DNA of 64,000 nt from Haliotis rubra (Eukaryota), in assembly GCF_003918875.1 (NCBI RefSeq), contig NW_025767319.1, forward strand, positions 372,001-436,000. The letters are read 5' to 3'. How positions within the stretch are numbered: position 1 is the first letter of the stretch; each line of letters starts with the position of its first letter. Both the position numbers and the translations under genes were made by a program. The notes under the pieces were generated by a model. It did no database searches, was not told where the DNA came from, and was given only the letters and a program-made list of their open reading frames with translations. Positions 12,590-26,530 of this stretch are shown in pieces.

Positions 12590-12829
12590 GTGAGTATCTT
12601 CTTTGTATTGGTGAAAGAATGGCTTTATACGTTTTGGCTGCTGAGAGAAGTAACCCACACATAGAAACTATCCATCAGTATGTCTTTTCATGAGGCAATA
12701 CAGGGCAGGGTTCCAGTCCAGAACTGAGTCTTATGACTGACATTGAGTGAAGAATGTTAAGATTGCGTAGTGAACTGGGTCTGAAACTTAAAATGGCATT
12801 TGCTCTGTGTTGTGGCTGATATCAATACA

Positions 12830-13207
12830 CAGTATTTCCTCTAATAAGCGCCGGGCATCTTATAAACACCAGGGGTAAAGCAGTGGTTTACGAAATAAGT
12901 GCTGGGTCTCTAAAAAGTGTCAGGTCTATACTAATAATCGACAGGTATGTTTTTTAAAAATGTATTCTCCCTTGATCCCAAAATATATTAATCAAAGAAT
13001 GGTCCCTTCAGTCATAACTGCCTGTCCTCCACATGGCACTTGTTGATGGACATTATGCAATTGTTGAAGCTGCAATCAGGGGGTTCCATGTAATTAATGT
13101 TTACAATAAGCGTCAGGTCTCCAATAAGCACTGTGCTTCTAATAAGCGCCTTGTCTGGAAGTCTGTTGATAAAATAAGTGCTCAGGCACTTATTAGAGGA
13201 AATATGG
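12830..13207. mobile_element. Tc1/mariner(pogo)-type MITE
   Basis: ~23-bp TIRs cagtatttcctctaataagcgcc / ggcacttattagaggaaatatgg; internal aataagcgcc subterminal repeats. Confidence 0.75.
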
Positions 13208-13593
13208 CACTTCTATGGTACCAAACAAATGTGTCACCATGGAGTTGTCACCTGTCATGATCACTGATACACTCAGACATATATGCCGATACCTCCAGCC
13301 AGCACAGTCATGAGTCTTGCCTTGATTAACTTTCACTGTCTCCTGCGCATGCTTTTTGTCATATATTGAGTGTTACTGGCAACATTCTAACTGTATTAGG
13401 ATATAAGCTATAAATGTTTACCAATTTCTTGTCCATTGAAGCCACATGTGAAGCCAACATCACTTAGTTGTTGACAGTGTGGCATGACTGTTTTTGTATT
13501 TCTATCATATTGAAGTGATGATTTAAATTTTTAAGACCAAGTGTGCTGTGTACACCAGATGTTGAGGTTTCAGGAGATGACCTGTACATATAC

Positions 13594-13941
13594 TAGGGCT
13601 GCGTAATGTAACCGGTTCAGACATGAAAACGATACGTATTGCGATATGCTGATCGAAAACTGGTATTTTGACATGCATTCGGAAAACTTCGTAACACTTG
13701 GAAATCTTCGGATATTTCCGTTTTTTAAATTGTTCCTTTCCTTGTTTCATTTGTGCAAAATATTATTTACATTTTTATTTTGTCATGATTAAAAGTTTTT
13801 ATTTAAAGCCTAATCAAGCATAGTGATTTTGTTGTGTTTTTGCTTTATAAGTCAAGCATTAACTCGATTATTGTATCGGAATATATGCTTTCGCATCGCA
13901 ATATATCGCAATATGAAAATTCTCTACGATACCCACCCCTC
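13594..13941. mobile_element. hAT-type MITE
   Basis: taggg...cccct termini, 8-bp TSD acatata(c/t), CpG-rich atcg subterminal motifs. Confidence 0.65.
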
Positions 13942-14127
13942 ACATATATATCAGATGAAGGTCATCATGATGTCCACATGGTGCTAATTTAACAATTGAA
14001 ACCTCTGCCATTTGTCTTCAAGTTTAATTACGTGTTTTGCATTGAAACATGGTACATTTCTTTCCTATGTGATCTTGAAATATTTAGTGCACATTTTACA
14101 GTTACAAGTTTCTACATCAGCAAAATG

Positions 14128-14291
14128 GGCGGTGGGGTAGCCTAGTAGTTAAAGCGTTGACTCGTCATGCCGAAGACCCGGGTTCAATTCCCCACATAGG
14201 TACAATATGTGAACCCCATTTCTGGTGCCCCCGCCGTGATATTCCTGGAATATTGCTAAAAGTGGCGTAAAACTGAACTCACTGACTCACT
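14128..14291 (+). mobile_element. tRNA-derived SINE, copy 3
   Basis: Same family; 15-bp TSD tacatcagcaaaatg. Confidence 0.92.
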
Positions 14292-16171
14292 TACATCAGC
14301 AAAATGTAGCTTACAGTGTGTTAAGCCACAGTACAAAGTAGCTATGGTTGAAAGTAATCTGACTAACATGTCAGTATTTGTTGGTTCCCTAATGTCAATC
14401 TTTACTGTTTATACAATAACAAGTCATTTAGAGAAGTATCTCACACAATTAACGTCTTTTTAAGTTGTTGAAAAATGGACACCATGATAAATTTGAAAAT
14501 AGCATATTCATTATAAAGTTGTTCTTGGTTCTGTAAAGTACTTCAGAAGCATTTACATCAGGGTTGGCTATTGTGTATCATACACACATTATTGTAGTGT
14601 TCTTTGTTGGCGGTATATATTCTTTTAGCACCTTCCCATGGTTGTGATTTGAATTCAGGTGTGTGGTTTACACTAATACATATGCTGCAAGTGTCATTGT
14701 GGCAGGACACTTCCTGTGACTGATCATTCACACACTCTGATAAAGGTGGCATTATAGTCTTCATTCATTGTGTTACGATGCGTATTTGTGTATACTGACA
14801 TTAAACCTTCATTAACCTGTCTCAGCTTATCTCACACCAGTTTTAAACTTGAGAATTTGTATGTTTTGTCTCAAACTTTTAAGAAATGAACCCAAAAGAC
14901 ATCCAAATGGGTTGTAGATAGGAATGAATTAGATTAGTGGTGTTTCTCCCTGACCACACATGCTTCATACCCCTACATTATAGGGGCCATTCATGCTGGA
15001 ATATATTTCATATTGGAGCTCCATTGCAGGGAGAGTAAATACTGTATTTGTTGCATTTAGTGCCTAGTTGCATTTAGCTTTACTAATTAAAAGCTTAAAG
15101 GTCTCCTGCTATGATACCTCAGGAAATGGGGGGCACTAATGAGGAACATTTTGAAAATCACACAAAGTCAGCCACCTAACCCGCTCAGCCATCGCAACTT
15201 CCTAGCTGACTTTGTGTGCTGGCGATTAGGTGCCTGACTCTGAGGGTGTGGGTTCGAATCCCGGATGGGACTCAACCCAAACGAAGTACTAGAATTTAGA
15301 TAGTGCAATCCCAAATATAACATATGCTACATTCGACTACTTTCGAAAATGGCATTGTGTAATCATCTCTATTGATTTTTGCAACTAAAATAACATGATA
15401 TTGCAATGTAACATTTCTGGCAAAATCCCAATAGTTTACAATGTAACCTTTCCGATCATTGCAGCAAATTTGTTTGTAGTTACTTTTTAGGAACCGGTAT
15501 ATTTGAACTGAATCAGCAGTAGATTGGGAGGAAACGTGTGCACAGGTAATAGCTATTTCTGGTTATGTTTCCAAGACAATCTTAATCTCTGCACAAAGGA
15601 CAATGTCGAACAGTCATTGTCTCTTAACGTATTATCTCAAATATCTATATTCAAGAAAATATGGTACCTCATTTAGTTGTTGATCACAATACAGTTTAGC
15701 GTAGTAATTTGAAAATTAGAAGAGGTTGAACATTTTATGAATTGGGAATGCAGGTAGGGGATGCATTCAATATATTTCTAATGTGTTACACTTATTAGGG
15801 AGGGGCCCTGAATACGTTGAATATGGTAGGTAGGTAAAATGTGCATCCAACAACTTGTCTTTATGTTAGTGCTTCTTTTGTGAACCTTAATGCGACCAGT
15901 TAACCTGAGGAGACCTATGACCTAACTGTACATTCATGATATTCAGAAGATTATACCATTGATCAGGTGACACTCTTCTCCCTGCCTTCCTTCTTTAGGA
16001 AGACAATAGTGAAGAAAACCTCTCCATAGACTGTGCAATACTGTTTCCCTTTGATGTGAGGAGAGGAGAAACTATACAATTGGGGAAAATATGTCCGGTA
16101 TCGAAGCAGTTCTTGAATGTTCCTGACAATGACAGCTAATCCTATATCGATAGCATTAATGCCCCTTCTAG

Positions 16172-16202
16172 GTATCTAGAAACAAGGCCAGAGTGTATCC
16201 AG
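16172..16202 (+). CDS. Candidate 31-nt microexon A (EYLETRPECIQ)
   Basis: ccccttctag acceptor, cag|gtaagt donor, phase 2 in, phase 0 out, no stop. Confidence 0.45.
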
Positions 16203-17880
16203 GTAAGTAACTAGAGGATGATAGAGCAGATAAGCCGGGTGTTTTGGAAGGTACAAGGAGCGTTGTTAGGAAGACAGTTAGGAATGATGCTGTCAGGATT
16301 GGACAGTGATAGCCAAGCAGGGGGTCTTTAGTCTGCACTTACCTGATCTCCCAGTCCCGTCTAAACCCGTCTTCCTTGCATGGCTTAACTCCTTAACAGG
16401 GCTGGCATTCAGACGTCAGTGTATATATATCTATGTATTAAAATCATGCTTTGTTTGAGTTAAACCATGTAGTTTTTGTCATGATATAGATAAATTATTG
16501 GGGGCTTTTTGTGAATGGCTGTGGGTTATTCTGTTCAATGATGCGTTGTATTAATGTCTAGTTGAAATACTTGTCACAGGAGAGGTGGGCCATGCCAGGG
16601 GTGCATTCTTTTTCTCTGTGATTTTGTCCATTAACATAAATGATCTAGCCATTTAGCCATACATGAGTGCAAAAAGCCATGATCATTACCACCAAAGCTG
16701 TGCCTGATATTAAAATATAGTGTGTGTTGTGTCCGTTGAAGGGAGTTAAGAAATTATTTATTGATTCCTTATTGATTTAGTATCCTCAGAACATCATTTC
16801 TAACTAAATAAAGGAAGTCACTTGCAAACTATAGTAAGTCTTTAATTGATGATGATGAGGTGAAATTTGTGCATAAAATAATGTTAGTGAGTCCAATATT
16901 TAGCTGTGTCCATGTTTTTAATGCATATGAAATTACCCCTAAAACATGACTACAGTCAACCTACAGAAGCCTTTTACAATTCTCTTCTTCAATTTTTGTA
17001 CCAACTATCTTGATTCCTAAGTATTATTTCACTGGTAGGTATATATCAGGATGAAGTTTATGGTGTCAGATATCCAGATTGCTAATGTTAGGTCTGAATA
17101 TGAGACATGGGATGACCATTGAGCCAACCATTGATTATGCAGTGAGTGTCCTCGTGACAACTGGGTTAGGGCAGGTGTTGAGGGACTTACTGGGGGTCTC
17201 ATGGCTGCTTCAGAATAGATAGAATTTCATAAATGGGATATTGGAGAACTGACATTGTTCATGGCATATTCAACTATAACTTGCCTCTTGAGATGAGCAC
17301 ATCTGACATTCGGAAGACAAGTCATTATTTTTGCTTTTTTATAACGCATATGAAATATTGGGCCACAGACATTGTGAGGCCATTTTTCTGCTATTTCAGT
17401 GGACTATTGTGGGCTAATTAGTGTTTGAAGACCGCAAGAGCACAGATTATCATAATATCTTAATAGGAACACTTTACAAAATTCAATTTATTTCTGTTAG
17501 AATACCAGAAACTCTTGTATATCGACCATTCTCAGAGATTTCCAAATGATAAAAATGTGAAAGTAACTTTTCTAAAGGGAAATCAATTGTGATATCATTA
17601 AATTATAACCATTTGAGCATAAAAGGCCTAAAAATTGCATGTTCTTATTGGTATTGTATTTATATACATGTTAGAAAGGTAACTGTAACCATATGCCCCT
17701 CCACTTGCCCACAGAAAAACTTGATATACATTGAAATCCTATTGTGATGTCCTTAAACTTATTAATAATATCAATAAAATATGTGAATTTGTACTTATCA
17801 GTTTGGCATTTGGTATTTTAGCTGCAGCAATTTGTGATATGGAATAGTACCCCTAAGGTGATGATCCTGTCTTGTTTTAG

Positions 17881-17906
17881 CCTTGTTATTCAGTTTCATC
17901 CAAATG
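17881..17906 (+). CDS. Candidate 26-nt microexon B (PCYSVSSKC)
   Basis: cctgtcttgttttag acceptor, atg|gtaagt donor, phase 0 in, phase 2 out; with A totals 57 nt, in frame. Confidence 0.45.
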
Positions 17907-20900
17907 GTAAGTGTCAAGGATCAGTCACCTCCCTCCCACACTGCACTGAAGCAGGGGGATGATAGTGAAATACTGTTGTAAAATGAATCACAACAGACCA
18001 AGGTTTTAGGGAAAGATCGACTGAATGTTTTTGTTAATATATATTGCTGCTTGATAATGTTTACCTGACATGTAATATTTATGCCTTACTTAGTACATTA
18101 CCAGTGAATAGGCTTCATAAAGGATTTTTCGTTTTCAAATAGTGTAAAAATCAGTGTTTATTATCCGTAATTTATGAGGACTTAATGTAAGTTATTTGTT
18201 GAAATAAGTGGTGTATACTAATACCTCATGCTATAGGGTGTCAGTAAAATTCTAAATGACAAGCTCAACAAATACTAAAAGCCATTATAAAAACACCCTC
18301 CTCCCAGAGTGCACTGGAACTTAGCTTCACTTGTAACTTCACTGGTAACGGCATGCCTGCTGGCCTATTTACCTTCTGGATCATCAAAACTGGGATTTGT
18401 TGTGGAGGTGATTTGACTATACCATTGGCCACTGAAGATATGGCCTATTGGGGACTTACCGTAGATACTCCACAGGTCATTACTCTTACCTATTAAGGAA
18501 ACGTTGAACATTTGTTTAGATCTCTTCTAGGTCCACACCTTATGAATAGTGTAATATGAAATACGAATTTCTGTCATTCAGTATTTGTAAACATACCACA
18601 GTAGTTTGTATGTAATAAATTAACTGTCGTCATATCACATTAGCAGAATGTTTACTGTTCTGCCATCTTGGCTCAGAAAGAATCAGAGGTCAGAGGTTAC
18701 AGTCATTCACTAAAACAAATGAGAACTGTTTGAAATGGTATGTTGACTGGAGCTGTTTCTGTTAAGAGTTTTCTCAGCAACACAAGAAAGTAATTTAGTG
18801 GAGAACAACTCCTGTCATTGTCTTGGTCCTTCCCAAGGGAAGTAGTAGGGGAAAAAACTGCATATTTTGGTTAGGGTAAGCATAAAGATTGCATGGTGAG
18901 AACTAGGGCTGGAACGGGTAGACATCCTATGACCTGGGAAGTAAAACTTATTTATCTGACACTGGTACTTGAGTAATCAGCCCCAGCCCTGATGGAAACC
19001 CAACCAGGATAGCCCTGTTGTACATGCAGCTGGCCAGATAAGCATGTCACCATGTTTTGCCCCAGCACCTTTATGGAAAAGCTTGTATTTGTGGCTCATG
19101 GTGTGTGCCAGCCAGTCCAGTACTGATAGACGACAACCTACAGCTTACTCCCCATGTTTGAGAATATGGTAGCCTGTACACTGACAAGATCCGTGTTGAC
19201 ACGGGTATGTGTAAATGTCAAGACTAAGCTGTTGTTTGGCCGGAACATATTGATCCTAATGTTCTTGTTATAGTCAGCTGTGATAGACTTCCCCAACATA
19301 ACTGCCTCTCCACCCTGAGGGTAAGCAAGGTGGTCAGTAGTTGACTGATTCAGCCTGACAAGGACCTGTTTGATTGGAATTATTCAGTTACAATTTGACC
19401 ACCTTTTCATATCTGCTTTATGTGTGGCAGTCTTATAAGTATATATTAATATTTGTAAGATTTGTGCATCTAAATGAACTGGTGTGTAGTCTTTTATTCT
19501 TACCAATCTAAACTTCTTTTATGACAAAGAGTGAATTCCAGAAATACCTTATAGTCTTCTAGCTAAAGGGTTGTACTTAGTCAGCAAGGGTCAAGTGACA
19601 AAATGTTTTTGCTCAATTAAATGTCAGTGATTGTATTGGCAGTTTGAAGACTATTTGGAACTATAGGGTCTGTTGTGTCAATCTGAGGCTATGTAGGATG
19701 TGGCAAACAGACTAGCTGCCTGATAATGGCCTTTGATATGAGAGATTATTAGTTTGTTGGAGGAGACTTCACTTCATACATTATCAATGAAATGGACTTG
19801 TATCAGTTTGGGTTGAATGTATGTCATTCTACAGACACATGAAACGGAAAACTTTCATACATATTGTAAAGATTTGCTGTCTCCTGTGAGGCACGTAGTA
19901 ATTTGATATTTGCTTTAATTTGTTTGTAAAGGCAAATTAATATCATCTTAGTAGTTTATGTGGCATATTGTTGGTCTTTAAGTCCTATTTTACACTTCTC
20001 ATTGCAAGATTCCCAGCACATTCATTGCTTGATTACACCATTATTGAAATCGTGCATAACATGTATACACATACCGGGTATATAAAGGGAGAGAAGAAGA
20101 ACTCAGAACCTACAACCACTTCTGATCAAGTTTTGTAATACAACAGATGAAAGCGTGTTATTCCCTTTTTGGGCAGAGCATTCATATACATATTTCTGTG
20201 GTTCTGGCATTAATTTGTCACACTAACTTTACAGTTATTGGGATTGAATTGGGATTTAGGAGTAACTTTCTTACCATCCTTACTTTGTTCCACATGTAAC
20301 AGTAACAAAATGAAAGATTGTTGAGAGTTTGTCCTTGGATTAAAGCAGATTAATAATCCCCAAGGACCCCCCCTCCAATACTTACCAATGTGAATTGGGT
20401 TGGGTGTGCCATACAGTGAGGTCCCCTGCGTGGATAGACAGGGTGATTAATATTGGGGATGGCTCATTACCCCCTCTGTTCAGCCTGTGCTGGAGATATC
20501 TAGCCAGTCAGCCAGTAAATAGTGTGTACAGTTTGCTGTATGATACCTATCAACAGCATTGTAGGAAAACCAATTTTAGTGACTTATTAAAACTGAAATA
20601 TTTTTCATCCATGCGTTTCATGCATTTTAATACATGACATTAAACACATCACTGAAACCTAACTGTATTTGAGTGTTAAAGTGTTCAAGCTGTTGTACCT
20701 TGGGCTGCAGGCAGTCCAGGGTGAACCATGAAGGGTTAATCAACATCTGAGTGGGACTTGACCAGCTGGATTACCATGCCACATTTACAAATATAAGTAC
20801 AACCTTGCCATTATTCACAGTGTACACTAACAGGTTTTATTGGATCTAAGAAATAGTGAAGAGAAACCTCACTTTTTGCCAGTGTATGATTATTTTATAG

Positions 20901-21099
20901 ATAAATAAATAATCTAGCTGGAGATGTTGTTTGCCTGAATGTGTTGAGGATGACCACCTCAGGCCCTACTGACTGGCTGGCAGTGGTGTAGCCCAGTGTT
21001 TCATGGCTGTAGGTAGCCAGTAAATAGTGTGTGTATGGCAACTCCTACCTCCCATACCACACAGGACATGTACAGATAGGGGGGAAAAGCGAAACAAAA

Positions 21100-21142
21100 C
21101 ACATGCACGCACACACGCATGCACGCACGCACGCACGCACAC
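21100..21142 (+). repeat. (GCAC)n microsatellite
   Basis: Direct reading. Confidence 0.9.
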
Positions 21143-22260
21143 TCGGAGTTCCAGCAGCATTTGTTGTTAACAGTAAATACCTTCATATGATAGTGGAATG
21201 GTCAATATCTTTTGTCTGAACCAGCTAAATAGGTTAATTTATTCTGAATTTGGCACATCAGACATAACATTCTGTGTGACCTAGCCCACAGTCAACAGAA
21301 AACCACACATCACACCTTGTATGTCAAGTAAATAACTTTAATAAAATATATATACATATGTAAATAGAACTGTTTGTTACATCCACAATACTCATCTTTA
21401 GGCATCTTTTCCAGATTATATATATTCTAATTTGTGCTTTAAAAACATTAATTTTTAACTCTTGGTTCTATAAATTGAGTTCAAGACCACCTGGATTTAA
21501 AGACATCTAATTCAATGCAGTTTAAAACAGTGGTCAATATAGTAAGAATTTGCTGCAGTCACAGAGACTGGGAGTTTTATACATCCAAGTCTGAGATAAT
21601 GGGGTTCAGCTCTATGTTTGTTTGTAGCATTATTTCATCACTAAGAATATGTTTGTTTGTAAGTTGATCATGCTACAAGTGGTATGTCGTAAGATTGTAG
21701 AGGTTTTCACAGAAGAAACAAGTTTTCCTGAAGATAGGTTTCAAAGAATTTCTATTTCTTTGATGAAGCAGCTATGAAGAATCTGGTGGGTCAGGTTGAC
21801 TTCTTTATCCTGCGTCCTACGACATATGCTGGGGGGTGATTAATTGTGCCATTGGCTCAGATCTGTTGTAACTGGCCTGATAACATTACCTGTTTAAAAC
21901 CTCTGCCTGTTGCCATACCTGTCTACCTGCCACCCCTTTGACCAATAAAGGACTGATCAGGCTTACAATAAATGTGTGAGCTGGATGAGATTAGTACTGT
22001 ATGAGAGGTGTGACAAGTGGTGTGCAGTAGTCCCAGGAGTGTGGTCAACAGTGGAAGCAGGGTAAACTGGCAGGTTTTGGGGTGGTGATATGTGCTGATT
22101 ACCTGTAGTTGGTAGGGTATATGGCGGAGGCTACCAGAGCCAACACGGAGCGAAACCCAGACATCCAGCGACTATCTCAAGTGTGGTCTGCTCAGACAGG
22201 CATGGGATATACTTTACCTGTCCACAACAGTTAACTTAATCCACGAAAATAGGGCTCTCC

Positions 22261-22292
22261 ATGGGAAAAAGTGCCAGTCTCATCTGTGGCAG
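22261..22292 (+). CDS. Candidate alternative first coding exon, MGKSASLICG(S), N-myristoylation-type
   Basis: tccATGG, cag|gtaggt donor, 32 nt = phase 2, matches the 46673 acceptor; MGxxxS plus Cys9. Confidence 0.6.
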
Positions 22293-25200
22293 GTAGGTGC
22301 AGTTGTCCTGGAAACAAACCATCAACATAGCTTCGAAAAATAGTATTATCAGTTATAATCATTATAATATGACATACCACATTAGCCATTGAGTCTCCAA
22401 TTAACATGATATCCGTACTGAAACCAGGAAATTAAATGTAAGATGTGTTTTTGTAAGTTTGAATGAGCTTTCATATACTTTTGATTGATACTGAGATGAA
22501 GACGTGTGGTAAGAAGCCGCTATGTACACAGGGTTGCCAGGTAGCTCCTGCAGATACTACCATGACTGAGGTGATATGTCAGGACATCACAGGGCTTTCA
22601 GTTTGTGACAAGGACAGAAGAGCCACAGATGCAACATGTTTCACAAATAAATGATACAAGCACCTACTATTACTGACGATGCCAACATACATTAAAAGAC
22701 TTGTCTTCATCATTCAATAATTCAAAAGAAGAAATATGGTGTATTTCATAAACCCTATGTCTTCTATGACATTTTGAATAGGTTTGGATTTTGAAAAAAT
22801 ATCAATCAGCATTTAATTAGAGATTTAATTCTTTCATCTACATCATACCTCTTATTATAAATTACAAAACAATTGATCAAATATGCCTTTGTTTAAGTGT
22901 GTTCAAGAGATACTTTAAGCCAATCAGCTTACAGAATTGTGTTCAGAGTAGCCTGTGAAGCTGTGTGTTTGATGTGGAGAAAGTATGCCATAACCTGTTA
23001 CAGAAGTGATTTGCACCGCAAGTCTTTGATAGGGTATTGAGGGTGTCTGCATCCATTACAGATTGTAGTAAGCTACTTGTCTTCAAGCCTCTAGGGCTGA
23101 CCTGGTAACAGTTGATTTAATGAAGGGGAAAATGTTGCAGTTAAGTGTAGGCTTGTCTTGGTAACAACACACAGTCTGTGTCATAATATTGGCTTATACA
23201 CTATAGTTATCACTGATTTCATATGTTCAAAGACAATATGGCCTTTTTTAAAATTAAAGTTATATTGTGTGTAGGATAATTTTGGGTTGAGTAATGCGAT
23301 CTAAATATATGATCAGTTTTCCCGTCCCTGTTTAACCATACATTTGTAGTAGACTTGCAGCCAGTGCTGTACTGAAAGTAAACTGATGTTACTTGGTAGT
23401 TAGTTTATAATGTTTGTTGAGTCATTCATTTAGAATGTGAGACTTGAAAGATTTGATCAAACATATTATGCTATTATAGTCAATGAAAGGGTTTTTTTTA
23501 TCATGAACAGTTCCATAGATGTGATTGTGTAAGACAGCCAACATGTCAGGGTGCTGCAGGGTACAGATACAACAGGCAAGCAGCAGCATTCCATCACTAC
23601 TCCCTGTACACCTATTGCATGGTCATACTTCACCAACTAGGCCTGGTCAACACAAACAGTTAGCCTTCCATCAAGCAGAAACTGGTTCATGGATGGCACT
23701 TGTGCAGAATAGTTGTCCACAAGTAGTATGTTTTGTCTTCAGTTGTGCTGGCTACCTCAGGTTTTTAAACATGTCATATGTCATTCAGGTTCACAGAGAC
23801 CTGTGTGTACTGACTGACCAGTATCCCACTGACAAAACTTGACTTCATTTGGAATCTATGGGCTTCAGTTAATAGACACATTCATTCTTTTTAACTGTTC
23901 ATTTCCCTTCTCACTTTAGACCCAGTGAGGAAAGTGGTTGCCCAGGTAGATATACCTTGTAGAAAGCACTGCATGACAGTTGAAGGACAAGTGATAAAGG
24001 TAATAAAATGGGCAACTTTAGAGATCAGTTGATTAGGGCGGTAGCATGGCCTATGTTGCACACCTGGTTTGGACGTCAGGTCAGCACTAGCAAAATATTT
24101 CTCTCCCCCTCTTTCTCTCTTCTCCAGCCCCCCCACCCCCCAGCCCCCTAACTTTAGTCTACTGGTTCAACAGTAGGTGGTCAAGAGATGGAAGGATTGG
24201 CGGTCATGGATGCAACAGGTGGTCATGCTGGATGGAGACTATTGGCAGTCAGGCGAAATGGAAGGATTGGCAATCATGCTGGATGGAGATTATGGTGGTC
24301 ATGCTGGTTGCAAGATGGGGACAATAGGTGTCATGTTAGATAGACACAATGGGCAGTCATGCTTGATGGGTATTGACATCATGATAGGATATATAGATCT
24401 TGTAAAGATATACCTGACTAAACTGGACTTCGGTTAATTTGATGGCTTAATTCTGTCACGGCAATGAGTTATTTGTGTGATATAAAGCTTTCCTGTTCAG
24501 TCCACCATTATTGTCCATGCTGTGTTACAGTGTTAATCCCTGTAGTACCAGTCATTCAGATATGACATGCTGAGGGCACCTGCCAGCTTTCATTTTAAAA
24601 AACAGTCAGGCTGACTTGTACTTATTTACTTCTCCAGCCATATACACCAGACTGATCTATAACAATATATATTGATGAATGCTGACCTATTAAGTGTGGA
24701 ATTCATGAATGAAATGATACTTCTTTGTAAGTGTAGCATGTTTAGTTATTTGTCTCTCACACATCTGACAAAGTATAATGAACAGATATATAATTGTGAG
24801 AAGCTGACATGTTGTTCCGTCTTTGCTATTTTAAGGACACACTGAAGGAAGGTTTTACAAAAGCGATCAGCATTAATGTTGTTTCCTTCACCTGACTTGT
24901 GAATCAATACATGTCAACTAGAATGTCGTAAATCAGGTTTTTATACTGCTGTTCAAATATAAAGAGACCCATTGCTATGTTTAGGTTAAGTCGATTTAAA
25001 AAGATTGAAATTACAAGTTAATGGTTACAATGGTTAAAGTGGAACTTGTGTCTGTGTCTCTGCCTGTTACAATGCACTGTGTGACTGTGATTGTTGATTA
25101 TCACCGGTTACTTTGTCTAATTGGTCGTTACAAAGTCATGATAAGGTGGTAACTGATACACTCCTTACATGCAATGATTCAACACACTTTACAATAAACA

Positions 25201-26408
25201 ATGATTTTTTTCAACAATGTCACAATGTCTCTCACATTATGAGATTATTCAATATTCTCATCAAGGGAACTGTATTATAGCTGTGTATTGGACAAAAAGA
25301 TATGGAAATCATATAGTTGTATTAGTTTCCTACCACCTACAAATAATGTAAGTAAACAACTGGGAGATCACTGAGGGAGATGTTTAAGGAGCTTGTAATC
25401 TCAATAGTCTAGTGTGTTAATGAAGCATTCAGTCAAACAAACTCATAATGATCATAATATTAGTAACTGAAGTACTGTAACTAGCCGAAACATGTTTTGA
25501 TACACCTTATAATTTCAAAAATGCTTTTGATGTTTTGGATGAATTTATTCCACATTTCTTTGACAATGAATGTGAGTGGAGTTGGGAGACAAATTCCTGG
25601 ACTGTATCTTCCATAGGTTGCTTTTGGATAGAGCTGGCTGGCTGGCTGGCTCTAGACTTGTACAAGTTGTTAGGGAAATAATTTTTCATTTGAATAAAGA
25701 TTTTTAGATTATATAAATAAGAACAGGTTAGCCCTAAGGACTGGCGTCTTTAGATGTACTGTCCGTGTATCTAGACTTGCCCATTATAAAGACAGAGTTT
25801 CTTTACAACAGTGGCTTCATCATCTAGTACAGCCTTAAAGCAAGGCTAGGGTTGCTCCTGTATGGTCAGGTGTCCCCACACTGAGACTGCAGGAGATAGA
25901 GTGGCTGATGTGTACGGCATGAACCTAGATCAGGTGTACCTATGTCACTGACTCCAAGACTACACACTGCTATCGGTATGGGAAACCGGACACTAGTTTG
26001 TGATAACATACAGAAACTTGAAACTGATTGAAATCTTCTGTAAGATTACAATGAATGACAAAACCTTGATTTTAACCTGTTGAAATTTTGTCAAAAGCTG
26101 TAAACACAGAGATTGTCAAAGGGTCTTTGAAGTAAATGTATGAGTTAACACTACTGACTGAGAAAGCTATCACCACTTGATCTGAATTTGTCAGGCCTGG
26201 GTAGGAATTGTAGAGAGTTACTTCATGTTGGTTAGAGCCTGAGGGGTTAACAGGCTTGTGTAAGAGATTAACTCAAGGAGATTGCGACATTCTCAGCCAA
26301 TTTAAGAACTGTTGTAAGAGTTGTCAACCTGATTAGGGAAGCAAAGAGTAATGCACATGCTTCTACTCAGGTGTACATATAGTTAATGGTTAAGTTCTAC
26401 AGGAGCAG

Positions 26409-26530
26409 TTGGGTAGTGTTGTAGTTTGGGTAGTTGCAACAATAACTGGCTCCATTCTTGACATGGTGAGATCCCCGGATCCCATTATTGGTGTCCCTCT
26501 CCATCATATGGCTGGAGTATTACCAAGGTC
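26409..26530 (+). mobile_element. Highly decayed SINE of the same superfamily
   Basis: cccattattggtgtccc..catatggctggagtatt resembles the SINE core. Confidence 0.45.

Noticed and set aside
17861-17906. First exon MILSCFSLVIQFHPN, resembling MILRCF at 41462
   Set aside because: Ends in phase 1, out of frame with exon 46673; the microexon reading fits better
19154-19204. ATG-to-donor segment MFENMVACTLTRSVLTR
   Set aside because: Phase 0 in an intron needing phase 2; shows such segments also arise without a phase match
24177-24437. 86-aa ORF with repeated MLDGDY
   Set aside because: Decayed ~28-bp tandem repeat
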